Positions 33,197-45,501 of a stretch of 64,000 bases of DNA are shown piece after piece (the stretch's first letter is position 1; the number at the start of each line of letters is the position of its first letter). The stretch lies in assembly GCA_002189035.1 (NCBI GenBank), contig NEEC01000019.1:1302001-1366000 (forward strand), read 5' to 3'. Both the position numbers and the translations under genes were made by a program. Source of the DNA: Utricularia gibba (lineage: Eukaryota > Plantae > Magnoliophyta). The notes under the pieces were generated by a model that did not search any database, was not told the DNA's origin, and worked only from the letters and a program-made list of their open reading frames with translations.

Positions 33197-35527
33197 ATGG
33201 CGGTGCAAGCGGCAGCCGGAGTTTGCCAGAACTTGCTCGCGCCAAGAGCCCTCAACTATTCACAGCTCTGCTCCATTTGTACTGTGAATACAATCAAAAG
33301 GAGAGGCGCGGCATCGCATTACCCCAATTTCAGTTTCTATGTTTGTGCAAAAATCCCTAATTCTAATTCACCATCTAACCCGAAGCTCGGTGTTGCTGTT
33401 TACAAGCCCAAATCGTACCAAGTTCTTGTATCGGATGCTGCCGCTTCGCTGTTTTATGCTCTACAGGATGGCAGGACTCGTGTCGAAATTGAGTTCCCGT
33501 GAGTTGAAGTTGTTTTCTTAGCATTCCCGAGCAGATTTGTTTCAGAGTGTCTACCGTGCAATTATTTCCTCGTTGGTTGGGTGTATGTGCCTTTATTCAT
33601 TTGAAGTTGCTATGATCGCTGAACTGCAACCAGGATTATGTATTTCATTCCTATTTGCTTTCTTCTTGTAGCTGTTTTTCAAGCATTTGTTTTGGTTTCT
33701 AGAAGCTTGTTTTCACTAATTTATTGTTGTGTTATCTGGTTTCTCACTGTTTTCTTCATTGCAATACCAGCGCATTGCCCAGCAACGTATCTTCTTACAA
33801 GGTGTCATTTCATGTCTCTTTAGTTTAATGCATTCTGGTTGTTTCTTATTCTGAAATTTAGGGTTCTTTGTTGAAATGTGAAGGGTTCATCTGATGAGTT
33901 TAGCGATGCCAACATCCAGCTCGTGTTAGCTGTTGTTAAAGAGCTACAAGTGAAGCAACCTACAAGAGCTTGCATAGTGAGCAACAAATTAATTGTTTTC
34001 ACCAAATTGTAGAGATTATTTATGATTTTTACTCTCAATGATGATTTGTATTGGGATTTTGTTCATCAGGTGTTCCCGGATAAGCCAGAAAAACGTAGAG
34101 CATCGGAACTTTTTAAAGCAGCTCTTGACTCGGTAATCTTGTCTCCTGTGAATCACTTTTTTGCACGTGTCTTGCTTGAGCTAGCAAGACATTGATTGAT
34201 CCTGCATCTTGGTCCCTGTTTTTGTTGGCAAATCCCAACACCCTTTATCATCATTCATTGAAAGCTTTTCTCCTTTGTATGTTGCTTTGCAGATAGATGG
34301 CATAACTATAGGAACCTTGGATGATGTTCCTACTGGCCCCATCAATGCATTCTTCAATTCTGTTAGAGACACTTTAGATTTTGACTTCGTGGATCAAAAT
34401 GAAGGTGAAGTTTGTTTCAGGTTCAGCAGTTGTTTTGCCCAAAGATTCACTTGCTTTTCTCTGATCAGTTGGTGATTTGGTCCACAACTCTCTTTTGTCC
34501 TAGATTTGTGCTCTCTAAGGAGTTTTCTTAATCGCAGGTCGTTGGCAATCTGATGAACCACCATCACTGTATATTTTCATCAATTGCAGTACCCGCGATC
34601 TGGCTACTATAGAGAAGTATGTGGTAGGTTCTAACCTTTTCATACTACTTACTCCCATTAAAAGACTATACTTCACTGTACTAAGCGGATGTCATCTTTG
34701 TGGATACCCAGGAAAAGTTTGCTCCTTCCACACCAACTGTTCTCTTCAATTTGGAACTGGACACCTTGAGGTAAAAGCGTTAAACTACTTCACTTCGCCT
34801 TTTTGACCTTGACATTGTAGTGGGTTCTTCGGTCTCAGGGCTGATCTCGGCCTTCTAGGATTTCCCGGAAAAGATCTGCACTACCGGTTTCTATCACAAT
34901 TCACCCCTGTCTTCTACATACGAACAAGGGAATACTCAAAGGTACATGTGTTCACAGTCACGCAACTGCCAAGTCATCAACTTACATCAGCTTGAATGAT
35001 TAGTGCTCCTATTTGTGAAAGACGGTTGCAGTTGCACCTTACATTGTAAACTACAGTGGTGCCCTGTTCCGGCAATACCCAGGTGAAACCACATCCATCA
35101 CGGCACACAATGCATGATTCATCATGGTCCGCAATTATTTTACTTGCTTTCTACAAGTATCAGGACCATGGCAAGTTATGCTGAAGCAAGCTGATGGTTC
35201 TTATGCCTGTGTTGCTGAAAGTGCAACCCGCTTCACCTTAGGCGAGGTAACACCCTAAGCTCATACCAGATCAGGTGACGGTTTGGGCTCATTTCTCTTC
35301 GTATGCAGACCAAGGAAGAGCTGCTGAGGGTGCTGGGATTGAGCGAGGAGCAAGGGAGCTCGCTTGAGTTTCTCAGACGGGGCTACAAGGTTAGTTCGCC
35401 TCAGTCCATATTCTGCATTTCTAGAAACTTCAGTCCACATGAGAATCTTCACTTTGGCTTGATCCAGAGCGCCACTTGGTGGGAACAAGAGCTGGATGCT
35501 GAGTTTTCTTCAGCTTGGCGAGCTTGA
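33197..35527 (+). CDS. DUF1995-family chloroplast protein with transit peptide, 12 short exons
   Basis: [26 protein letters not shown] | [10 protein letters not shown] | [13 protein letters not shown] | [11 protein letters not shown] | [14 protein letters not shown] | [14 protein letters not shown] | [11 protein letters not shown]; all junctions in phase. Confidence 0.9.
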
Positions 35528-35808
35528 GTGCAGCTCATCTCTTTTGGTTCATTTGAATGGCTCCGACCATACACTCAACAAATCCTTGTAATCCAAACCT
35601 TGATACATCTAAAAGCCTGTATCTTGACAGGAAGTCCAGATATGAGCATCTGTTGTGCTCTGAAGTTTACAAGTACATATTCCACTTTCATTCATCATTC
35701 ACCAGTAGATGGACGAGTATTCAAAAAAAAAGAACCAAGGACATGATTTTTGTACAAAAAGGCAGCAACAAAAAACTAGAAGGCGATCATATATCCATTG
35801 GCTATGGA

Positions 35809-37743
35809 TCACTTCTGGATGATAAATGAGCCCTCTATCCTTTTCTCGATGAACTGAGGAAAACTCAAGGCAGAAAATGGATCATTGTAGCTTGATGCCG
35901 GAGCCACCTTGAACTCATATGGGCCATCCTTCACGCCCCATATCTGAAATCGCAATTTCAACGAAACAAACACTTGATAGCCTGAAGGTTTGAAGATGCA
36001 AGACATGTTAAATTGATGGGACTCACTTGATTCCCGCCTTCATCATAGCCTCTGTCCCACGAGTGTATTTCACCATTCTTCATTATAGTGAGTTCTGAAG
36101 TACAATAAGATGCTCCATTCTGGCATGCACAAGGAAAGCACATAAGATGCAAGTGAGAAAAATGACCATCAGATTGAAGATCATGCCTGAGTGGGGAAAT
36201 AGGAGGGAGCATCAATGGCTGTTAGCATACCCACGTATTAGGAAAACCACCTGAGGGGGTTGAGCCTTCATATAGGCAGCGCTTTCCACGATCGCAGCAT
36301 TTGAGATATATTGTTGTCAAGTGCTCAGCAATGTCCTGCAATTAAATCTGGTGAATGCTACAGCGTGGGATGGTATAACTTTAGTAACATTTTTTCCCCC
36401 GATTTCCAAACATATAAGAATCGTGCATCAGAATCATTTGTGTGTGCAGCAACTGGGAGCCAAAAATGCCCATCAAGGAAAAGAACGATTACAGGAATAG
36501 TATTACACATGATACTCTTAGTTGCATACAGACAAGTGATTGACAGTTCATCACCAAGTCCATACAAACATATAAGGTATCACAAGATGCCATTAACATA
36601 AAGGCAGTATAGGCTGAATTTGTTTACTCGGAGTACATGATGATTCACAAATGTAAATCAAAAAAGGTGGGGCAGATAGACATCAAGCCAGTTTACAATT
36701 TTGAAAGTTCATACAAACTTACAGTGATAACTTCTTCAGGCTGTGGTCTTTGGTCCTTTAACCGATCACAGAAGTTCTTGTACTCCTCAGAGTCCCGAAT
36801 GGCAAATGTGCTAAGCTGCGCAGAAAAGTTATTTTATAAGCAATGAGAACAAGTAATAACCTGATTCCCCGTAATGTCATGTATATACAAAACTTACCTC
36901 CACATCACACTTCATCTCTTTTGCACAGGGTTTCACCATGAAAAATCTCTGTATCAGGAGTGCTATTAGAGTAAGCTACTAAAAACTCGGGTATATATAA
37001 CAAGGATTTCATCATTACCTGACGGAACGGTTTAACAGGAGTTCTCGAGAATCCCTGCTCCAAAAACATTAAAATGTGATAGTGTAGACTAGAATTAACA
37101 CAAGAAAATGCACATTCTAAGCTAGGAGTTTCACCTTCTCAAAGTACAGAACCCTTGAGCCATCCACGAGTTCGGCAGCAGGGCATGCATGCCATCTATA
37201 AAACAAAGTAGAAAAAGCTTCTGCTGAACATGAAAGGAAATACACAGTTTCTTTAAGTCATAACGTTCAGACACTAAGAACGAAAAAAACACTTGATTTT
37301 TGAGTAGCCAAAAAACCTCCCTCCAAAGAATGAAGAGGATTAATTTAAATTCTTCATACGAAATAAGCCTCTCCCATAAAAAATCAAATTACTTCCCAGA
37401 AAAATTCTAAGCATGCATGAACATGACGAATAAATACCTCAAATTAAAGTAATTATCGGGGTCCCTGGATGCTTGCTCCTTAGAAAACTGTCAATTCCAA
37501 CCAAAAACACAACAAATGAGAACCCCTGACAAACAATCAATCAATCCAACCGAGAGGAGGAAAACAAAAGCTAACCTTTTCTCCAACAAGAGCCTCAGTG
37601 ACGATGCGGGCGTGGTCCCAGCGAGTGGTGGACTTGGTGAAACGCTTAACCAACAACGCCCCTCCGATTAAAACCAGAGCCTTGAACACAACTCCCCGGG
37701 CTTTTTCCCACCCGTTTGATCCCGGGTCCGAGCCCGTGCACAT
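35809..37743 (-). CDS. CRL: CpcT/CpeT-like chromophore lyase CRUMPLED LEAF, 9 exons
   Basis: NGWEKARG..LVLIGGALLVKR..TTRWDHAR, EQASRDPDNYFN, CPAAELVDG, KPFRQRF, EEYKNFCDR, CCDRGKRCLYEGST, NGASYCTSEL, WDRGYD, GPYEFK. Confidence 0.96.
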
Positions 37744-38551
37744 GCTGCTGCTCGCGAGCTCAATCGACGCCGCCACTCATGAAAACAGTTCAAAAAAAGA
37801 GAATCTTGAATCCCAATCTTGAACCCAGGAGTTGAATATCCTTACGCCAAACCCAAGAACTGCGAAACCTGTGGTTGCGGCCGTCGTCCTCGTCCACGGC
37901 CCACGTGTATCAACCAAATTGCTCTTATTCACAATTTCTATAAGCTTACACTCTTCCTCTTCTTTATTCAAAGCCACCAATTTTGTCTCACCGAACCTAA
38001 CCCGGTCAATCCCCCGATTCTTGCCGAGGAGCAAAAAAAGAAATATTTTTTTATTTCACCATCAATTTAAATTGAAATTCTTATACTATATTGAATTAAA
38101 TAATATTTTTAATTGTATTTTAAAATATTTTTTACTAATAAATTTATTGTTTAAATGATAATAACTCTTTTTTCAGATTATTTATGCATTTGTGTTGAAT
38201 CTTATTTAAATAAAAAAAATCAACGATTTTAAAATGCTGTATATATCATTGAAAAATTTTGAAATTTTTGGAAACTGAGAAAATTACTAAAATAAATAAA
38301 CATTAATCGAGAATAGAAAACACTGAACTTGATGTAAAATGATGATTTAAATTTGGAGAAAACAGATTATTAACATAAAATAATTAATGTAAATAATACT
38401 GGGATTGGGTTTTAAGAATGCCCATGTACGTGATGAATGCATCAGATGAAAGGAATCCTGTTTGCTCTGGTACCAGTTTCGATCCAGACTGAGAACTGCT
38501 TATCAGGGAAAGCAACCAGCGTTCAATGGAACTGGGAATGCGGAAGGGGCA

Positions 38552-39252
38552 TTAAGTGAACATGGTGGACGGGTGGGGAAGGGGAAGGGGAAGAGACAGG
38601 GAAAGGAAGGGCTGTCGTGTTTGCGTCTGGCGACACGAAGAGCAGAGCTTGAGGCTGAGGTTGTCCTTGAGCTCCTGCAGTTCCCTGTGCAGCCGGCGGT
38701 TCTCCTCCCTCAGGGTCTCGTACAGTTTCTTCAACAGCTCGCAGTCCACCTCCGTCTGCTTCAGCTTCGACCTGCCGTCATTGGATTCGTTCTCTCCTCG
38801 TCTCATAATTCCAAAAAGAAAGGCAGAAACTCAAGTAGCAAGAAGAGGGCACCTTGCTCTTCTGTTCTGGAACCAGACTTCCACCTGCCGTGGTGTGAGC
38901 TTGAGCTCCCGCGCCAGCTGCTGCTTCTGCATCTGTCACAAGCAGGCAGACTCCCAGTTCCAAATGCAGCACATATGTATGATACGATACCATATTGCGG
39001 TGCAGGAATGTAATGTACCGAGGTGAGAGTGGTGTGTGAGTTGAAGGTCCGATCCAGGAGAGTGGACTGCGTTTTGCTCAGGCGGAGCTTCCTCTTCGGC
39101 GGCCGGGCTGCGTTCGAGAAGCAGGAAGTGGAAGAATCCATGTCTCCGGAGGTGGACGCCCGTACACTGGAGCACTCTCCTCCATACTCAACACCCTTAT
39201 CATCATCCCCCAGCGCCAGCGCCAGCCCCAAGACAACTCCCCTCGCCTCCAT
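38552..39252 (-). CDS. Class II homeodomain-leucine zipper transcription factor (HAT22/HAT9-like), 3 exons
   Basis: LGLALAL EAR-like motif; KLRLSKTQ..L | [23 protein letters not shown] | [26 protein letters not shown]. Exons 39252-39019, 38932-38853, 38771-38552. Confidence 0.92.
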
Positions 39253-40965
39253 CTCAAATCAAATCCAGCATTCCATCCTTCTTCTTCTTATGCTTCTTCT
39301 GGTAACAGCCCCCTGCTCCCAATTTATTCTTCTTCTTCTTTTACAACTGCTACTACTTGATACCTTCACATAAAACTTCACTTTTTCATTTTAAAGCTAC
39401 TTCATTATAATAATGAAATCAGTATCCGATGGGTCGGTAAGCGTACACACTTAAGCTTAAATACACAATAAATGTAGATATTAGGCTAAACTGATTATTA
39501 ATCATTTATAATTTCTTATATAATTGAATATTTAATTTTTATTTTTCGATATAGTATTGTGTATTCTAACAGAAATGAGTTTCAAAACATGATCGATTAT
39601 TGGAATATATATCAATATGTGAAAGATAAGAGATAGCTTCTGCTACGTAAAATATGTAAAGGGTGTGAATAATCAATTAGTAATACTTAATTTGGTTGAA
39701 ATAAGCAAGTGAAGATTTTTTAGAACCGTTCAAAATGCTGGTGCGATGTCAATCTACGTCCACAGTAGAATCAATACTAGATATAGATATGACCACAACA
39801 TTCTTACATGAAGAATATTATCTGAAAATCCTCAAGACTCAATCTTCATCGCATGATCAAACATTCATGAATCAATACAATTGATTTTGAACGAACTTTG
39901 AAACAATATGCTATGTGTAGTTAGAATAATCACAAACTTTTGTTAGATATCGCAACATTTCAATCATATTTATCACAAGTGGCATTTACCATTAAAATTA
40001 ACAAGTAATTTACTTATAAAAAAAATGTACATGTCAAATGATACTTCTAGACATTCAATGGGGGATTATTAACCAAAAGCATTACCCAAATACGAAGGAA
40101 TATAAACCAAGATTCAATGGTGTGTCACGCACATGCAACTTTGTAAGGCATTATTGCCATGGCACGAACATGTCCAATACAAATGATCCTTCTTGTTCCA
40201 TCAGATAATAATAAGGGAGAATATTTTGCACTTTTCTTTTGATTCCACCAAGATAAATAATATCAAGAATTTTATAGTGTGTATTAGCACGAAACAGACA
40301 TTGTCTTATCTTGAAACCAATCATACACATTCGAGATAAACCATGTCAACCCGATTCGCATCTCATACCCAAAAATCATACAATTTTTGAGCTGCTCTAA
40401 TTATCTAGAAATTTTTTTTTTTTTTTTTATGAAAAAAGGTTAAAGTAAAAAGGTTGGGTGAAGAACCAATTCCTTGCCGCATGATGTTTGTCATTGGGAA
40501 TCCAATGGGTTGACAATTTCATGTGTAAACATGTATTGTCATCTTTTGAACACAATTAGGATGTTCAAGTCTATGGTTATCTTTTACGATATTATTCGTT
40601 TTATACATTTTTTCATATAAGATTAACATGATTATTCTATTTAAATTCGTTTCCTCCTCTATCCGCACCAAAGATTGGATGTTCGCCATGCAATAAAAAA
40701 GTGGAAAGATTATAGAGATAAACTTTAGTTTTTATTCTTCAAAACATGCAAAAAGTATAGTATTCGATATGGTGTTGGAATTATTCCGTCTAGACATGTG
40801 AAGATAACGCCGCTTTATTTGTACTTATTCACAGCTTATCATCATCATCATCACACCATCGAATGTCAACATATTCCCTGGGCGCGCTCACTCGCTTTTC
40901 TCCACCGGATTTTCTGCTCTTTTCCGGCGACATGCCCGTCGGAAACAATGAAGATAGATCTATGA

Positions 40966-41196
40966 TTACGTCGATTCGTACGCAGTAGCAGTAGTTGGGG
41001 TTGTTGAGCTGAAGATTGTGTTACTGCCGTGAAACCTTGATAGATTCGGAATCAGAGATCTCAGATCGGCCAATAAACAATCCGCCGTCCTGAGAGACCC
41101 GTCGGTGGTTAGGGTTTGGGCCGGAACATCATTCAGATGAAGCCAAACTGGTGCCCGGATCCAAGTTATCTGTAGAAGGGCTACATCTACAATCAA
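40966..41196 (-). mobile_element. Decayed LINE ORF1/DUF4283-like fragment
   Basis: PVWLHLNDVPAQTLTTDGSLRTADCL followed, after a frame change, by IGRSEISDSES resembles the PVWV-LH-VP..T-DGLS-IAS-IG-P...D pattern of plant LINE ORF1. Recognised from memory, not searched. Confidence 0.4.
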
Positions 41197-41277
41197 CCAA
41201 ACTCATGAATACGATTTTCTTGGCACACGATAGACCTAAGCTAATGTATCAGAACAAGGGATTTATAATTAAAAAAG

Positions 41278-41561
41278 ATAAGAAATATACATTATATTAA
41301 AATACATAAGAAATATAACCAAACTCAAATACATAAGAAATATACATTATATTAAAAAAGATACATGTAAGCGATTACTATTGATTTATAATTTTTTTAT
41401 ATACTTAATCATTTCAATTTCATTTTTCAATATGAAATTACGTATTATAATACCATGAAGCATAAAATATAAATGTAAGCTATTATTATTGATTTGTAAT
41501 TTTTTTATATACCTAATCATTTCAATTTCATTTTATAGACTACCTACCATGAAGCATAAAA
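41278..41561. repeat. AT-rich imperfect tandem duplications
   Basis: ATAAGAAATATACATTATATTAAAA at 41278 and 41333; an approximately 60-bp unit (TGTAAGC..CAATTTCATTT) at 41366 and 41474; TACCATGAAGCATAAAA at 41451 and 41545. Confidence 0.85.
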
Positions 41562-43492
41562 ATGGTGGGCGATTTTTGGGGAAGACAAAAGGAAATCAAA
41601 TCGCGCAGCTGAAAAGTTTGCCAAGAAACGACACTGGGGAGAGGGATTAGTGGCGATGACGTTGAATGGAGTCAAAAGGTGGGCCCGGCGAGTGGACCAG
41701 AAGATTCAGACCAGTTTTCCTCATCATCATTACATGTCGTTGTCCTTTCACGTTGAAAACCCTCATCCTGCCCGCGAAGTCAAGTGATTGGAAATCCATT
41801 TTGTTTTACCCGGCTCATGTTTTTCCGAATGGATACACACTACGCCTTCATGTACTTATCAATATGCTCAAAAACTCCTCCAAGTCATTATCATTGTCCG
41901 CTCCCACCATTTCAAGTCAAACACGCATATGTCGAAATTATTAAAATAAATAATTTTAATAATAAATAATTATTAATTTTTTAAAAAATAATAAGAGATA
42001 CACTCTACTTAGACAATAAAAAATTAAATTGATTTATTACTTCACCATCATCTTTAATAATAATAAAAAAAATCTTAATCAAATTAAGTCCAATTCGACT
42101 TGATGGTAAATATTATTACAAATAATTTTACATCGAAAAATTAAAGTGATATAATCAAATATATAATAAATATTTTGAAAACAAAAAAAAAATTCAAACT
42201 CCTGCATTTCGGCCTCAGCCGGTCTTTATAATTAATGCATTCGTAGAAAAAAAAATTAGGGCATGCAATTTTAGTTCTCGAGTTCATATCATGTCGACAC
42301 ACGGGATTGTGAATGAGATCTTCGTGCTTAAATTTCATTGCGACTACGGCTTCTTGGACCGGAAAATTGTTCACATACATACATACGTATGTGTCAATCC
42401 CTTAAAATTATTGGGTTCTGAAGATTATTCTTTGGAAAAATCAATTAAATTATTAGTGAGAATTAATTATTATTTTTAATAAACTACACATCTTCAGTTT
42501 CTATATTATTAAAAAAAAATTCGAAAAATTCTTTTTTTAAAATTAAATAGATTTTTAATTTTGTATTTAAAAAAGAGTAATGCTGAACGCGAGCTTCTGT
42601 TGATGATTGACTCGAACCGGTTTCTGGAACCGGTCACGTCAAGAAAAAACACACATGCCTTAAAAATGATAAACACGAAATACAAAAGACATTTCATTCT
42701 CATATCATCAAAATCATTTTAACTCTACTTGAAACCTCAACCGGAAGCCTGGATTCGAACCGGTTTGAATCGGCTAAAGAAATTTCGACCGGTTTGCTAT
42801 GTTGAGATGATTGGATCTTCAAGACACTTCAAATTCTATAAAATATATGAGAATCTCTCTGTATCAGAAAAATATTGAAATTCAATTTTCATATTGGGAT
42901 AGAACTTGAGCTCAATATCCACCTTAGTTAGGTTCAAATTAGTGTACTTTTTTTTACTTATTTTTGAAAATAAAAGAGCTATAAATATATAGTTTTTAGT
43001 ATAAAATTGAAATGATATATATCTTATATAATTATTTAAAAATGGACAAACTGACAAGTTGTATCAATTTAAAACATGAAATACCTTGCCATCCTTCGTC
43101 CGTAGCCATTGTAGTTCATAAATGGTTCTACAACTTCAAAATAAAATAAAAAAATGAGGATCCATCATGTTGAAAAAAAAAACACTTCAAATTTTTTATT
43201 TTTTTAAAATATTTATTATTCATATTTAATTATTTTAAAAATGAATGTCTAACTTCACCTTCATTGGTATTAGCCAAGCCAGGTTTAGAACACTAATCGT
43301 GTTTAAATTTACTCGTTTGTAACCCACGTACCAAATATGAGTTTTTTTAATAAACCCATCTAAACCTGCGTACCAAATGTCTCCTAAATGTTAGGTTACG
43401 TATGCATGAGGTTCCATTTTGGGGGAGAAAACCTACGAAGAACGAGATCGTATAGTCACATGATCGAGTTGTATGAGCCATAAGAAAGTGAG

Positions 43493-43908
43493 TTGACAGT
43501 CAACGCACCACGCGGTTCACCTCAAAGTCAATGCCGAGTGGATCTTCTTCACCAAGTCAACCTATTTGAATAAATAAAATTCTAACTTTTTGATCATCAA
43601 AAAATAAATAAATCACTGCACTGAAATCTTAAATAAAAATATAAAAGCAGATTTTGTCGCTTTTTAATTTTCCAATTTCTTCTATAAAATACTCAAATTA
43701 TTGTGGCCGACATCTTGAATATGAGAATTGAATTCTTTTTCTCCATCACATGCCATCAACCGGGGGAGGTCCCCCCCCCCCCCCCCCCCAATTCTCGCCC
43801 CTGTATTTTTTTTTTTTTGCAATGATTTTTTAATCATTATTTTCTATGCTCAAATAATCCGATAATAATCCTGATTAAAATTGGAAACCCTAATTTGAAA
43901 AGTTGACC
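43493..43908 (+). promoter_or_regulatory. W-box cluster and telo-box upstream of the PSK gene
   Basis: TTGAC/GTCAA cores at 43493, 43499, 43526, 43555 and 43903; AAACCCTAA at 43885. Confidence 0.4.
43771..43789. repeat. C19 homopolymer
   Basis: Directly visible. Confidence 0.95.
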
Positions 43909-44082
43909 TTCTTGTGTAGCTGAAATCTACCTTATTAGTTGCGAATATATATAATAATCAATTGGGCTTAATTAATATAATTGTCGAATGCTTTTTTGCA
44001 ACAACCGAAATAAATATTATTAAATAAAGCATTTATTCCTTTTCAAAAAAGAAGAAATTCGGGGAGTACCGCATGCCCGGTC

Positions 44083-44090
44083 TATATAAA
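44083..44090 (+). promoter_or_regulatory. TATA box of the PSK gene
   Basis: CTATATAAA about 75 bp upstream of the ATG at 44163. Confidence 0.7.
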
Positions 44091-44162
44091 CCGCCCCGCA
44101 AGTTTCATTCCTCCGAACGCGCCGCACCGGTTCTCCATCCTTGGCTTCAGAAGAGCCCCGCC

Positions 44163-44514
44163 ATGCCACCGAAATCCTTAGCGTATTTGATAGTGGGTCT
44201 TCTGCTCCTCCACCTTTTGAGTCCCTCCGCCGCCGGCCGACACCTCCCAGCACAAGACTCCGCCGCCGAGGTCAGTCCAATTCCGCCCGATACAGAAAGA
44301 TAGCAGGATTCGGGTGCTTCACTAGTGTTACTGTTTTTCTTTCTTTCGGTTGAACTGAAAGTCTGTTTTTGTTGTGGGGATGAAGAAGCAGGCGGTCGCG
44401 GCGGCGGAAGACGACGGCGGGTGCCGGGGAATCAGCGAAGACGATTGCTTGATAAGACGAACCCTTGTCGCTCACCTCGATTACATCTACACGCAGTCAC
44501 GCCGCAAACCGTAG
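44163..44514 (+). CDS. PSK: Phytosulfokine precursor, 2 exons
   Basis: Exon 1 (44163-44270) encodes signal peptide MPPKSLAYLIVGLLLLHLLSPSAAGR, donor GAG|GTCAGT. Exon 2 (from 44386/44389/44392) encodes ..CRGISEDDCLIRRTLVAHLDYIYTQSRRKP*; YIYTQ at 44482-44496. Confidence 0.95.
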
Positions 44515-45501
44515 CTTAGGAAAAATTACAGAAGCATTTTATGTAATTTCTGTCTGTTTTTTTCAGTCAAATCCGTTCCCTTACTTTTTATCTCCTATTT
44601 TTTATTTAATATAAAAAAATAATTTTAATTTTAAAATAATAATTTTATTAATAAATAAAATTTGTGAACTATTTTATTTAATCACGATTATATCGAATTC
44701 ACGGAACAAAATATTTTACATACTGATTTAAGTAGTGTTTTGAAATATTTCTTCGGATTATTTCTACTTTTGAAATAACAAAAATAATTTATGCACGGAA
44801 CACAATCAATTTTTACTTTTAATTATAGTAAAAATACTTTTAAAACCAAGTTATATGAATAGTAAAAATCAAAAAGTAATAATATTATTACTTTTATAAA
44901 TTATTTATACTTCTACTTTATATTTTTCGAAAATTAGAAATAATCCGGATAAATATTCCGGAACACTAATTTAATTTTAGATTTTATTTACTACTCAATT
45001 TATTAAATTAGTAACATATACCAAATATGGCAAAAAAATTAGGGAGGCACACATGATAAATGAGAGGGCCCCATCCAACCATTTCCGCGTTCAAACTTCA
45101 GACTCGCTCTTGGGAGTTGGAGCGTTGTCTGAGGACACGGTCAGGACACGTTAGGTGTCAATGTGGTGGGCTTTATCCTATGTATTTTAAAATATACTTG
45201 TATTATTTAATATAATAATATATATTTATATTTCAAAAAATATATATCTATATATATTAAAAATTATACTTATTATATATACATGTTACTCAATGCATAC
45301 GAAATTCATGTATCAAATACAATTTGAGCTGTTAATAAATATAAGTAATCAACTTAAATTTATTAATCACATTGTGTGTATTAATTATTAAAAAAAGAAG
45401 TTAATTCATCTTGCCTGGATGCTGGGCTGGGCTGGGTAAAGCCCAATGATGCTGGAAGAGAATAATCCGCGTGCAGTCGTTGCTTCGACTGATTCGATTC
45501 G

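Noticed and set aside
38462-39373. Long plus-strand ORFs (116-183 aa) over the HD-Zip gene
   Set aside because: Antisense shadows of GC-rich coding DNA.
39400-44000. Searched by eye for conserved plant miRNA mature sequences and C/D snoRNAs
   Set aside because: No match to the common miRNA families and no paired C/D boxes seen; a covariance-model search was not possible.
44073-44162. Upstream in-frame ATG extending the PSK precursor
   Set aside because: Lies upstream of the TATA box, so outside the likely transcript.
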